DNA of 64,000 nt from Octopus sinensis (lineage: Eukaryota). Below the pieces are notes generated by a model. That model did no database searches, was not told the origin of the DNA, and worked only from the letters and a program-made list of their open reading frames with translations. The translations under genes were made by a program, and so were the position numbers. Positions 24,121 through 38,042 of this stretch are shown here, in pieces; positions within the stretch are counted from its first letter, which is position 1, and each line of letters begins with the position of its first letter. The stretch covers positions 21,886,001 to 21,950,000 of the forward strand of contig NC_043018.1 in the NCBI RefSeq assembly GCF_006345805.1, given 5' to 3'.

Positions 24121-24475
24121 TAACAGACTGCTTTACAATCTACAACATCTCACATCTCTCATCACATGACTCTACCAAACTTCTGACTTTCTGCTCTCTC
24201 TTTCTCCCTGTGTTATGAGTGAGTACCTGACAGCTAGCTTTCTTTGTAATTACCTCATAAAGTTCCCTGCAACCCGTTACCTTCTGTCTGTTTTTTACCA
24301 GGTCTTCCTAATAGCTTTTTTGTTTTGACCCTGTTTTATTGTGCCACCAGATCACAATCTGTATTGCAAGAACCTTCTTCCATCCACAGATCTGGTTTTC
24401 CGGCTCATTATTTCGGAAAACCTCCCAGTTGTCTTCCACGTTTATAGTTTCTCTGTCCATCTCCTCTCCCCTCTT
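24121..24475 (-). mobile_element. Decayed RTE-clade LINE ORF2 fragment (EN-RT linker)
   Basis: Translates VEDNWEVFRNN..QICGWKK...IWWHN...GCRELYEVITKKASCQV with stops; pattern W..F/ICG/WW/RELY resembles RTE ORF2 linkers (from recall, not searched). Confidence 0.65.
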
Positions 24476-24863
24476 GATATATATACATGCCACTAAGCAC
24501 ACATGAATATACATAAACTCACATATAAATACATATACACACATATGTACATACACACACACACACCACACATACATATATACATAAATGTCGAACGATG
24601 GAATGAGTGCTACATATACATATATATATATACACACACACACACACATATATACACATATATACAAACATACATGTATATAAATGGATGCATCTATGCA
24701 TGTGTACATTATCATCATTCAACATCTGTTTTACAGGAGGCCTTAGGTTGGACACACACACACACATGTATATATAAACACACACCACACATGTATATAT
24801 ATATATAAAAAAAAACACACACACACACCACACATGTATATATATATATATATATATATAAAA

Positions 24864-24898
<35 letters not shown>

Positions 24899-25270
24899 AT
24901 TTATCCACACACATCTCCCCATGAAATAGGAAGTTTTGTATTCCTAAAAATCTCGCAAGAACACAGGAGTTTTTAAATGCAAAAACCTATTTTTCCGTTG
25001 ACTTCCAATGTTGCAAGAGCGGAGGGGGCAGAGAAAATCTGCTTCGCATTACAGAAACTGTACATTATGGCAAGAATTTCCAAGAGTGCAACACTTCCAT
25101 ACTGTACGAGGTGCCAGTACACAAACACACACACAACACACACACACACACACAACACACACACACACAGAACATGAAATATGTATAAACATAAATCAAT
25201 ATAACAAAATCTTTAAATACCTCGAGTTATATTTAAAACACGCACACATAAACTGAAGCATTACAAGCAG

Positions 25271-25317
<47 letters not shown>

Positions 25318-25333
25318 GGTGTTGTTATTATTA

Positions 25334-25380
<47 letters not shown>

Positions 25381-25575
25381 CATCTTAGTGAAGAATTCAG
25401 TGTATACATATGTCAGCTAACACAATTTTCTATGTATCAGTCTTGTGAAGTGTATCTCACTATGCGTATATCTGTTTATCAGTGTGTGTGTGTGTGGTGT
25501 GTGTGTGTGCTTGTGCGTTTAGATCCTGTGTATGTATGTATGTGTAAGTTTACCTGTGCGTGTGTATGTGTGTGT

Positions 25576-25614
<39 letters not shown>

Positions 25615-25659
25615 GGTGTTGTTTGCTCGTATGCATGCGAGTGTGAGTGCAGGTGTGTG

Positions 25660-25698
<39 letters not shown>

Positions 25699-27152
25699 CC
25701 TGAGAGTGAAGAAACACTGTGAGGAGAACAGAGGAAAAGAGAAAAGGGGAAGGGAGAGGAAGAGGAGGGGAAAGTGGAAAGCAAGATAGATGAGAGAAAG
25801 GGGAAGGGGAAGGAGACGGAGATAGCCTTGAGAGAGAGAGAGAGAGAGAGGAGGGGGAGAGAATATTGATAAAGCTGGCTAATCTGTTTAATTACTACTG
25901 ATTAAAAATAGTGTGGTAGTTGGTAGTAGCTTCCTTGTGCAACCTGGCTGTACACATTTGAGATATAGTTCCAGCTCAGTTGTACAACACACTACTACCT
26001 AGCTATCTATCTAACATATATATATATATATATATGTAATTATATAATTATATATATATATATGTATAATTATATATATATATAATTACATATATATATG
26101 TATAATTATATATATATATATAATTACATTTAAACATATATATAAAATTACATTTATTTATACATATAAAATCATATATATAAATAATTACTTATGCATA
26201 CATACAAAATTATATATTACATTTATAGATACATATAAAAATTAGATATATATACACACACAAACAAAATATATATATACACACAAAATTATATATATAT
26301 ACATATACATACACAAAATTATATATATATATATACATACACAAAATTATATATATACACACGCATAAAATTATATATATATATATATACAAATATATAT
26401 ATAATATATATATATATACACAAAATTCATATATATATATATATATATAATATACACACACACACACATAATATGTACATGAAAATATATAGAATACATT
26501 TATATATACATAAAATACATACATTATATTTATATATAAACACAAAATATGTATATATATAATTACATTTATATACATACAAAATCATATATATATTAAT
26601 TACATTTATATATGTGCAAAATTTTATTTATAAATAAATATATATATATATATATATATAATTACATTTATATATGTACAAAATTTTATATATATATATA
26701 TGTATATATGTGTGTTTGTATTATAAATTAAATTAGTACTTGTCTTACATCAAAAATTAATACATACACATACACACTCATATTTAAATGTCTAAACAAT
26801 AGAAATTAAATATTCATGCAAATATTGGAAAATTCTCTTCATCCACGTTGATAAAAATCTAGGTTTAACTGCATTAATTAATGAAAATATGCAAACGTCC
26901 AATATAATGGTATGCAGGAGGCTTGCTCTGTTCCATTTCGACCATTCTACATCTTCATTACACCATATATACATACATATGCATGCACACACATACACCT
27001 TGAAATATTAAACACACCTTAAAATGTGAATGTTTGTGTATGTGTGTGTGGTTTAGAATTCATTGATGTGAGCAAATGGAATGCATTCATAACACAATCC
27101 ATACATACATACATACAAACACATATATTCTATATATGTACACTATATATAA

Positions 27153-27191
<39 letters not shown>

Positions 27192-27685
27192 TATACATAA
27201 AACATAAAAAATATTTATATATGTGTATATATACAATATACACACAAGGACACACAAACACACACACACATATATAGACTCAAAATATTTCATTTAATAC
27301 ACACACATATATATAATATATATATATATATACATATATATATAACATATATATTATATACACAATATATATATATATACACATATATATATACATATAT
27401 ATATATATACACAATATATATATATATATATACATATATATAGATATATATATACATATAGATATATACCACATATATATATACACCACATATATATATA
27501 TACACACACATATATATATATATATACACACACATATATATATACACATATATATATATATGTGTATATATATATACACATATATATATACACATATATA
27601 TATATACACACACATATATATATATACACACACTATATAATTATTATATATATGTATATATATATATACATATATATATATATAC

Positions 27686-27733
<48 letters not shown>

Positions 27734-28714
27734 CACACACAATGTATATAATTTATATATGTGGTGTACATATAAAAATTTTTATCTACACATACATACA
27801 TACACAGCCATTCGAGGTTTTCAGTAACCCTAATTTGGAGGAATTTTGGAAATATCCTGCTAGCAGAGAGAGAGAAGAAGGAAATCCAAGACAACAACAA
27901 CAACAACTACTACTACAACAAGAGAACAAAGAGTGAAAGCTGGATCTCAGATGGCTGGGGCAGCTCTATAGATTGTCTACTGACCATCACAAGCACCACC
28001 AACCACCAACACCACCACCACCAACGTTATCAACAACAACAACAACAGCAGGAGGAGGAGTGGAACACATTTCTTTGGAATCAGGTCCATCCGCAGGGAA
28101 TGTGTCTGAAGAAGGAGCCAAGAGTAGAAATGCAGCTTGTGTATTGAAAGAGAGAGAGAGGGAGAGATACGACAGCCTGTGTGTATGTGTGTGTGTGTGT
28201 ATGTGTGTGTGTGTGTGGTGTGTGTGCAAGATGTAAAGAAGAGGGAAGAGAGAGAGAGAGAGAGAGAAAGAGACTGTGTGAGTTTTGTTTGTTTGAGATA
28301 ATCAGTCAGGAGGAGGAGGAGAAGGGGAGTCCGGTGGAGGGGAAGGGGACAAGGGGAGGGGGGTAAGTATTCCCGAGCAGAGTCATGGCAGCTGAGTGGG
28401 TTTAGTCACTCTGGGCTGATGTGGTAGGACTTTCAATAGAAAAATTATGCATGCACACACGTGTGTGTCTGTGTGTATATATACGTACGCATGCATGCGT
28501 GCACACATGCCTGAATATATTACACACACACATACAAATCCAATACATATATGTGTTTGTGTGTGTGTGTGTAAGTATATATACATATAAATATATATAC
28601 ATAAATATATATACATATAAATATATATACATATATAAATACACATACATATATATATACATACACATACATATATATATACATACACATGTATATATAT
28701 ACATATATATATAC

Positions 28715-28757
<43 letters not shown>

Positions 28758-28786
28758 CATACATACATATATATACATACATATAC

Positions 28787-28819
<33 letters not shown>

Positions 28820-29260
28820 CATATATATACATACATATATATACATATACATACATACATATACAATACATACATATACATACATATATATATATACATA
28901 TATATATATATTACTACATCATATATATAAATACCATACATATATATAAATATACATACATATATATAAATATACATACATATATATAAATATACATACA
29001 TATATATAAATATACATACATATATATAAATATACATACATATATATAAATATACATATTATATATATATATATATAATATATATATATTATATATATAT
29101 ATAATATTATATATATATACACACACCACTTGTGATTTCATAACACAAGAACACACATATACATAACAAAATAGCAATAAGATGACAGATATCTGAAATT
29201 CACAAACAGGAAGACATCCAAAATATCATACGTATGCACATGTATATGCTTAAAAATGGG

Positions 29261-29296
<36 letters not shown>

Positions 29297-29666
29297 ATGT
29301 ATGTATATATGAAATCCTCCTTTTAATGTCCACTCTTCCACGCTCACATGGCTTAGGTGAAATTTATTGAGGCAAATTTCTTCTACAGCTGGATGCTCTT
29401 CCTGTTGCCGACCCTCACTTGTTTCTAACCAAGCAAAGTAATATTATTCCACGGCCACTCAGGCTTTTGAGGAGGACTGGAAAGAGGGACACCACTGTAT
29501 GACAGCAACATGTTTTTACATTCACTGTGTGAAGTTAAGGACACACAAGGCTTTGGTCAACCTGGGGCCTATTGCAAGGGATAATGCCCTAGGTGCATGG
29601 AACTGAGCCCAAAACCACATAGTTGGGAAGCAACCTTCTTAATCCACACAGACATACCTGTGGTTT

Positions 29667-29697
<31 letters not shown>

Positions 29698-29865
29698 ACC
29701 AGTTTTTCTCTAATCTCCTCTTAGTTTTTTTTCCATATTTTTCGTTTGATGAAGGACTAATATCCGAAATGTCAAGATTCCCTCCTTTTTAACATTAAAT
29801 TAATATAACATTTATTAAACTTATCCTTCTTGTGTTGCCTTTCTTTTTAAGTTCATTGCTTTCAA
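29698..29865 (+). mobile_element. Short (TA)n-embedded repeat with degenerate minimal hammerhead-like motif
   Basis: 29746-29773 TTGATGA-A-GGA-CTAATA-TCC-GAAA-TGTC; (TA)n on both sides. Confidence 0.5.
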
Positions 29866-29905
29866 TATATATGCATATATATATATATGCATATATATAT
29901 ATATA

Positions 29906-29944
<39 letters not shown>

Positions 29945-29948
<4 letters not shown>

Positions 29949-30168
29949 TTAATCCAAACAAGAAAGCACAAAAAAACAACACAACGCGAGGACGTGGAAC
30001 AAATATAGTATTATTGGATGCTCAGGAAAGAAGGAAAGAAGGAGGGTTTAACGTTTCGAGCGGAGCTCTTCGTCGGAAACATAGAAGGAAAGATCCAGAG
30101 AAGGGAAGACAGAGGGAAAAAAATCGCCAACGGTACAAACGCGGTCACATTTTGAATGGAATTTTGAA
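29945..30168 (-). mobile_element. Short (TA)n-embedded repeat with minimal hammerhead-like motif
   Basis: Minus strand of 30046-30080: GTTT-CCGACGA-A-GAGC-TCC-GCTC-GAAA-CGTT-AAAC; helices I, II and palindromic ACGT helix III all pair; core has U4C. Confidence 0.6.
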
Positions 30169-31191
30169 TATATATATATACACACGAACACACACACACC
30201 TATTTACAAAACATATATACATACATATTATATATAAATATATAATATATACATCCTCGATGTGGTTGGCATTAGGAAGGGCATCCAGCTATAGAAACAC
30301 AAAGAAAACAAGAGGGATTGGTGTACAAGTGCAACAAAAATGTTCTCTACATGTTTGCAAGGTTAAAAATTTCTAATTACTAAGTTACTCAGATCTGCAT
30401 CACTACAAGCTACTGAGGCAAAGAAAAGTGCATTTGATTATTTGACTGGATGAGCAGATGTAATTTTTGTGCCTGTGAAACTTTCAGCAATGCAAAATCT
30501 AAGTCGATCTCTTATTAAAAATAAAACTCTCTTTCTTTCTGTGTGTGTGTGTTTGAGCAATTTACAAAAGATTATTACCAAAATACATGAACAATAAAAA
30601 TTTATCAAAAAGGCATGCATACATTACAAGGAATATTAGTATATATACATACACATATATATACATACATACATATATACATACATATATATATACATAT
30701 ATATACATACATACATATATACATACATACATATATATATACATATATATACATACATACATATATACATACATATATATACATACATACATATATACAT
30801 ACATACATACATATATACATATATATACATACATACATATATACATACATACATATATACATATATATACATACATATATACATACATATATACATACAT
30901 ACATATATATATACATACATACATATATACATACATACATATATATATACATATATATACATACATATATATATACATATATATACATACATATATATAT
31001 ACATATATACATACATATATACATACATATATACATATATATAATAAATACATACATAATATATATATATATATACATACATACATATATATATATATAT
31101 ACATACATACATATATATATATATCTACATACATATATATACATACATACATACATACATATATATATATATATACATACATACATATATA

Positions 31192-31223
<32 letters not shown>

Positions 31224-31248
31224 CATATATATACATACATACATATAT

Positions 31249-31279
<31 letters not shown>

Positions 31280-31418
31280 CATACATATCACGTGATCACA
31301 TGACCGACCAGACCATCAGATGTTGTTACACATTGCTGGTCACAATGCGTTCGCATTGTTTTAGCCTTCGAATGACGCCACCCCGCTGGCTAAGCGAGCA
31401 GGCCATATACATACATAT

Positions 31419-31464
<46 letters not shown>

Positions 31465-31863
31465 TCTGTATGTGCATGTATGTATATAACATATACACAC
31501 ACATAGTTACACATGTATAGAAATACAAACATATGTGTGTGTGTGTGTGTGTGTGTAAACTGCAGTGACTGAGCAATTGACTCTGTGATCCATTAGTTTC
31601 CTGGCACAATGGATCTGCAAACTGGGAAGCCTCGTTTCAGCCTTATTAATTGGCGGGGGCAACGTATATACTCGGTGTCTGTAGAGACCCATACAGAAGT
31701 GACAGTCCCAGCTGCCCCCCCCCCCGAATGTACTTGAAGGCACTGTCTGCCTCAACTGGACTGCTGCTGATTTCTTTGGTTGAGTGCTTTCCTCCTCCTC
31801 CTAACAAAGTGTATGTATGTGTGTACATACCGATATGTATAACTATGTCACTATACATACACA

Positions 31864-31902
<39 letters not shown>

Positions 31903-31982
31903 TATTACATTATATAAAAGGGCTTAGTAAAATAAATTACTTTGCCACATACATATAATTGCCAAATATATATAATTGTTAA

Positions 31983-32017
<35 letters not shown>

Positions 32018-32664
32018 ATGTATATATATATATTTTTTCTTTTATTTTACTTGTTTCATTCGACTGTGTTCATGCTGGAGAACCGCCTTGAAGGGTTTTT
32101 TTTTTTTTAGTTGAAGAAATTGGCCCCAGGATTTCTTCTTTGTAAGCCTAGGACTTATTCTATCAGTTTCTTTTGCTGAACCACTAAGTTTGGAGAATGC
32201 AAACACACCAATACTAGTTGTCAAACGGCGATGGAGGACGAACACAAACACAAGGCTATGGCAGAAGACAATTGCCCAAGGTACCATGCAGTGGGACTGA
32301 ACCTGGAACCATGTGGTTGGGAAGCAAACTGCTTACCACACAACCATGCCTGCACCTACACACACACACAAATTTAATGTTTAATTGCATGTATTGATAT
32401 GTGTGTATGTATGAATGTATGTGTACACACACACACACAATCATTATTGATTTAACATCCACCATTCCAAGCTAACGTGAGTCAGATGGAGCTTATTGTG
32501 GAAAATTCTCTACAGCTGGATGTTCTTCCTGTCACCAACCCTCACTAGTTTCCGAGCAAATAATTATTTCTCAATGGCTAGACAAGTTTATGTAGAATAC
32601 TGGAAACACAAGACACAGCTTGTATGACCAGTGAACATATTACAACCATTACTCAATGTTGATA

Positions 32665-32962
32665 CATCATCATCATCATTTAGCGTCCGCTTTCCATGCT
32701 GGCATGGATTGGACGGTTCAACTGGGGTCTGGGAAGCCAGGAGGCTGCACCAGGCCCAGTCTGATCTGGCAGTATTTCTACGGCTGGATGCCCTTCCTAA
32801 TGCCAACCACTCCGTGAGTGGGTGCTTTTTACATGCCACCGGCACAGGTGCCAGGTAGGGCTGGCAAACGGCCACGGTCGGATGGTGCTTTTTATGTGCC
32901 ACCGGCACGGGGGCCCGGCGAGACTGGCAACGGCCACGATCGGATGGTGCTTTTTACGTGCC
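32665..32962 (-). mobile_element. Family-C retroposon
   Basis: (CAT)n tail, CGTCCGCTTTCCATGCTGGCATGG, three internal GGTGCTTTTT modules. Confidence 0.8.
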
Positions 32963-33029
32963 ATCATCTACACACACATACACACAAGGAGACACAAATA
33001 TATACATGCACATACAGATAACTTCAAAT

Positions 33030-33440
33030 AGTACAATAAGGCTGCTTGCCCTTGTCATAGTCAACCCTTTCAACTGCTTCTTGCAGTACACAGGGATATT
33101 TTGGTGATACACATAAATGATGGCCCTCTTTCTGCACAAATTCCCTTGGTCAATCAATGCTATGGAAGAAGGCATTTACCTTATGGTGCCACATAGTGGC
33201 ATCAACTCCAGAACCTAGTTGCAATACAAAATGCATTCACTTCTACCTCCATTTCTAACCATCTGGTACTCCCTCCTCACATTCTTACGACTGCCTCCCC
33301 ACCACCATAACTTTTTTCTCGGATACTCGCAACTATTCTTCTTATAAAAATACAGAGGTAGCCATGCAGCTTTATAACAGGACACCTCTGCTTCTCCCTG
33401 GCATAAAGCCACCACATTGTTCTCACAAATACTCCAACTT
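33030..33440 (-). mobile_element. Possible highly decayed RTE ORF2 fragment
   Basis: Scattered residues (TMWW, IVASIREK, GGS, RGP, GK) in the order expected for the linker seen at 24121-24475; many stops and frameshifts. Confidence 0.35.
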
Positions 33441-33639
33441 CCCTGGCTCTTTCCTGGAGACCCAGTGCTCCAAAAAGGCACCCAATACACACTGTAAAGT
33501 GGTTGGCATTAAGAAGGGCATCCAGCTGTAGAAACCCTACCAAAGTTGACATTGCACATGATGCAGCAATCATTTAAAGCCATCCAACCTACAGCAGCAG
33601 GGAAAATGGATGCTTGATGATGTGATAGATCGTTAGCTA

Positions 33640-33809
33640 CTACACACATTTTTTCTCTCCTTGTTTTATTCTGTGTATCTTTCTGTAGAAGAGCGTAGGC
33701 TCGAAATGTAAAAGTCTTTTTCTATTTCTATTCCTTAGCGCTATACTAATACATTTGTTTGTTTGTACACCACCTGCCTTCGTCTTTTGTTTATTTTCGT
33801 AAACTCTCC

Positions 33810-33815
<6 letters not shown>
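33640..33815 (+). mobile_element. Short (TA)n-adjacent repeat with hammerhead-like motif
   Basis: 33679-33714 CTTT-CTGTAGA-A-GAGC-GTAG-GCTC-GAAA-TGTA-AAAG; second copy at 42110-42275. Confidence 0.55.
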
Positions 33816-33859
<44 letters not shown>

Positions 33860-34817
33860 TTTACTTGTTTCAATTATTAGATCGTGGCCATGCTGGGGCA
33901 CTACTTTGAAGAATTTTCAGTCGAATGAATTGACCCCAGCACTTACTTTCATTTAAAGCCCGATACATATTTTATCAGTCGCTTTTGCTGAACCACTAAA
34001 TTACAAGGACAAAAACACACTGGTTGTCAAGCAGAGTGGAGGACAAACAGAGACACAAAGACACACTATATTGGAAGGTTTGGAGATGATGTACAGGTAT
34101 TTTATATTAGAAGAAATGAGGTACTCAGAAAATCGGATGGTTTATATTTAAAGATATTTATTTGTATATTACATTTTTTATACATCATATAACTTAGATC
34201 ATGTATTAGCACTTTCTCCCATTCTAGCGGGATTTTCAAATCAAACTATATATTATATAGACCATGGACTTCTTCCAGTTTCTGTCTATCAATTCCAATC
34301 ACAAGGCTTTAGGGCGGCTCAAAATGATAGAAGACACTTGCCCAAATGGGACTGAACCTAGAACCATGTGTCTGAGAAGCAACATAGCCCCCCCCACACA
34401 CACACACACACACATACACACAAGTGCACATCATGTACGTATGCATACATAATACAGACATACAGGCACACATCATTAGAGAATTGAATGGAGGGGGGGC
34501 ACACTTCTTCGGGTAATGAGGAGCCTGACCAAACAGAGACATCATCTGTGGTGAATTAACAGGAAGGAGGGGGGGGTTAGAGTGGATTGACCAGGAGTAA
34601 GAAGGGGTCAGTGAAACAGCCACATGGAAAGTGAATGAAGGGAAGGAGAGATAGGATGAGTGGTAAGTGAAAGAGTAGGAGATTAAACAATAAAGGATAA
34701 GAGAGGGTGGGAGAAGGAACCGGTCCCCTCCCTCCTTCCACTGAGAGCTTTTGAGGGGGATTTGAGAAAGGGTTAAAATAGAAAGAAAGAGATAAAGAGA
34801 AAAATGGAAGGAAAGGA

Positions 34818-34848
<31 letters not shown>

Positions 34849-35442
34849 AAACAAACAATCCACAGGCAGAAGTATATATACATAAATAGAGAGAGTGAGT
34901 GAGAGAGAATGAGAGAGAGAGAGAGAGAGAGTGAGTGAGGGACACACAGACAGACAGAGAGAAGAAGAGAGTACGCAAGTAAGAAGAGTACTGCTGCTAG
35001 GAAATTAGAATGGAGATGCTAGAGATAGCCAGGAATGTAGAGGTTGTCTGAATCTCTTTCTCTCATATAAACACACACACATATATATATACGCGCACAC
35101 ACACACACACACACACACATATATGCACACACACACACACACACATATATATGCACACACACACACACACATATATATGCACACACACACACACACACAT
35201 ATATATATGCACACACACACACACATATATGCACACACACACACACACACATATATATATACGCACACACACACACACACACCTAAGTATCCATCTGGCC
35301 ATCCATCTCTATACATGTATGCATATGTGTGTAATATATATATATGAATATACAATTCCTATATATATTTACATATATATATTTCCATATATATATATAT
35401 ATATATTTACATACACATATATATATATATATATATGTACAC

Positions 35443-35488
<46 letters not shown>

Positions 35489-35642
35489 GTACTAGGCATC
35501 CAAAGAACAAGTCCCGGGGGTCGATTTGCTAGACCAAAGGCAGCGCTCCAGCACGGCCACAGTCAAATGACTGAAACAAGTAAAAAGAGTAAAAAAAAAA
35601 AAGGATAAATATGGCGGTCCATTGCACACACACACACACATA

Positions 35643-35674
<32 letters not shown>

Positions 35675-35680
35675 TACACA

Positions 35681-35723
<43 letters not shown>

Positions 35724-35858
35724 GTACTAGGCATCCAAAGAACAAGTCCCGGGGTCGATTTGCTAGACCAAAGGCAGCGCTCCAGCACGGCCACAGTCAA
35801 ATGACTGAAACAAGTAAAAAGAGTAAAAAAAAAAAAGGATAAATATGGCGGTCCATTG

Positions 35859-35860
<2 letters not shown>
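35489..35860 (+). repeat. Tandem duplication (period 235) of a family-B SINE tail between microsatellites
   Basis: GTACTAGGCATCCAAAGAAC...GGTCCATTG identical at 35489 and 35724. Confidence 0.9.
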
Positions 35861-35911
<51 letters not shown>

Positions 35912-36167
35912 TATATATATACACGCGCGCGCGCACACAGACATATATACAGATATTTGTGCACACACGCATATATATAGATAGCATTTTTTTTTTCCAA
36001 ATCAGCTTCGCTTTGAGTACTTTAGTTTGACTGTAGCCTGTTTAGTTCATATGTACTAACATTTATAACTACTATGATGTGTATATCATCATCAACATCA
36101 TTGCTTTAATGTCCAAATTCGTGTGTGGGTGTGTGTGTGTGTCTGTGCGTATGAGTAGATAGGTAGG

Positions 36168-36197
<30 letters not shown>

Positions 36198-36198
<1 letters not shown>

Positions 36199-36680
36199 AG
36201 TATGCATTATGTGTATATACATACAAATATACACACACTACCTTCACCATATCTGAAATACTAACACAATCACCACAATGTGTGTGTGTGTGCATATGAG
36301 TGGATAGGTATCTATATATATGTGTGTGTGTATAGTATGCATCATGTGTATATACATACAAATATACACACACTACCATGTCTGAAATACTAACACAATC
36401 ACCACAATGTATGTGTGTGTGTGTTGTGTGTGTGTGTAGTATGCATCATGTGCATATATACATACAAATATACACACACTACCTTCACCATATCTGAAAT
36501 ACTAACACAATCACCACAATGTGTGTGTGTGTGCATATGAGTGGATAGGTATCTATATATATGTGTGTGTGTATAGTATGCATCATGTGTATATACATAC
36601 AAATATACACACACTACCATGTCTGAAATACTAACACAATCACCACAATGTATGTGTGTGTGTGTGTGTGTGTGTATGCA
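36198..36680. repeat. ~239-bp tandem duplication with internal subrepeats
   Basis: CTGAAATACTAACACAATCACCACAATG occurs four times; outer period 36198/36437. Confidence 0.85.
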
Positions 36681-37755
36681 AACACACTCCCATACATACA
36701 TTACATGTTTTTATACATCACACACATACACACAATGCAGACACAATAATATAATATATATTAGAAGGCACAATTTAGCATCTAGTTAATTAAGTTACTA
36801 TTTACGTATATACACATACACTCGTCAGTCGTACTATTGTATACCCATGTGTGTAAGTGCCTGTTATCTATATTTTTAGTTTATACTAGTTAACGCCTGT
36901 CTAACTAACCAAACAACATTTCGGTCAGTTAGGGACACAATTTTCAATATGAGATTAGAACATGTTACTTTGGCGTACCAGAGAAGCATCGAGCTATAGC
37001 AGACATCATAGTAATGTACGAGACTCGTTAATTAATTTTGCAGTCGTTCGTTAGCTACAAGTCAGCTCTCAATGGAGCAAACCTATCACCATCGTTATCG
37101 TTTTAACAGCCATTCTTCCCTGTTAGCATGGGTCAGACAAAATTTGAGATGAGGTGGAAATTTTCTATGGCCAGAAGGCCTTCCTTGTCGCCCAAACCTC
37201 ACCTGTTTTCAAAGTAAGGTAATGTATCTCTTTTAGAAAGACATGTTTTCGTGGAAGATTGGAAACAAAGAACCCCCGCTTGCGTAAGAGTGGCACTTGT
37301 TTAAAAATCATGTCAAGGCAAGGAGACAGTAATACACACACAGACGGTGGTGCTCCAGCATGACCACAGTCCAGTGACTGAAGCTAGTAAAGGGATAAAG
37401 GGAAAGGGAACACACCAGACACACACTGGGTTTCTTTCAGTCTTTCCCTAACAAATTTACCGACAAGGTTTTTGGCCAGTCCAGGGAAAATGAAAATAGG
37501 TGCAGGCGTGGTTGTGTGGTAAAAAGCTTGCTTCCCAATCACACGGTCCCAGGTTCAATCCCACTATGTGACACCTTGGGCAAGTATCTTCTATTATGGC
37601 ATTGTAGGGTAGGTGTGAAAGGTCAGATCTAGCCAGTGTTAACATAAATCAGGTAGAATATTTTGGGCCAGATATTGCCAGTTTAAATGCTGAATGGCTA
37701 AAAATTCAGGGTTCAATTCATGCTGATTTCGTTTTGCTTCCAGCTTCATCTAGAT

Positions 37756-38042
37756 CAGGGGTTCTCAACCATTTTTACCTACGGACCCCTTTGATTACTA
37801 TTTTTTTATGGTGGACCCCTATAGTCATTCGATATTTAAAAACTAGTTTTATAGAAACTTCTTTCAAAATTCCTCTTTTGTTTTTCCCACACTAGCAGAC
37901 TCTTGCAATACATTCCAACACATACATCCAAAGCAAATTTTTCTCAGGGGCTCTTAAAATACTATTGCGGACCCCCAGTTTATCAAATTTGTTACATGGA
38001 CCCCAAAAAAAATCTTATATGGACCCTGGCTGAGAACTGCTA
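37756..38042. mobile_element. hAT-type MITE
   Basis: CAGGGGTTCTCAACC / GGCTGAGAACTGCTA imperfect TIRs; perfect 8-bp TSD ATCTAGAT (37748-37755, 38043-38050). Confidence 0.85.

Noticed and set aside
25985-31300. Long ORFs (up to 238 aa) of Y/I/H/T/C/V/M; likewise 47729-48446, 53082-53802, 60036-62069
   Set aside because: Translations of (TA)n, (CA)n, (TACA)n microsatellites, which lack stops in most frames.
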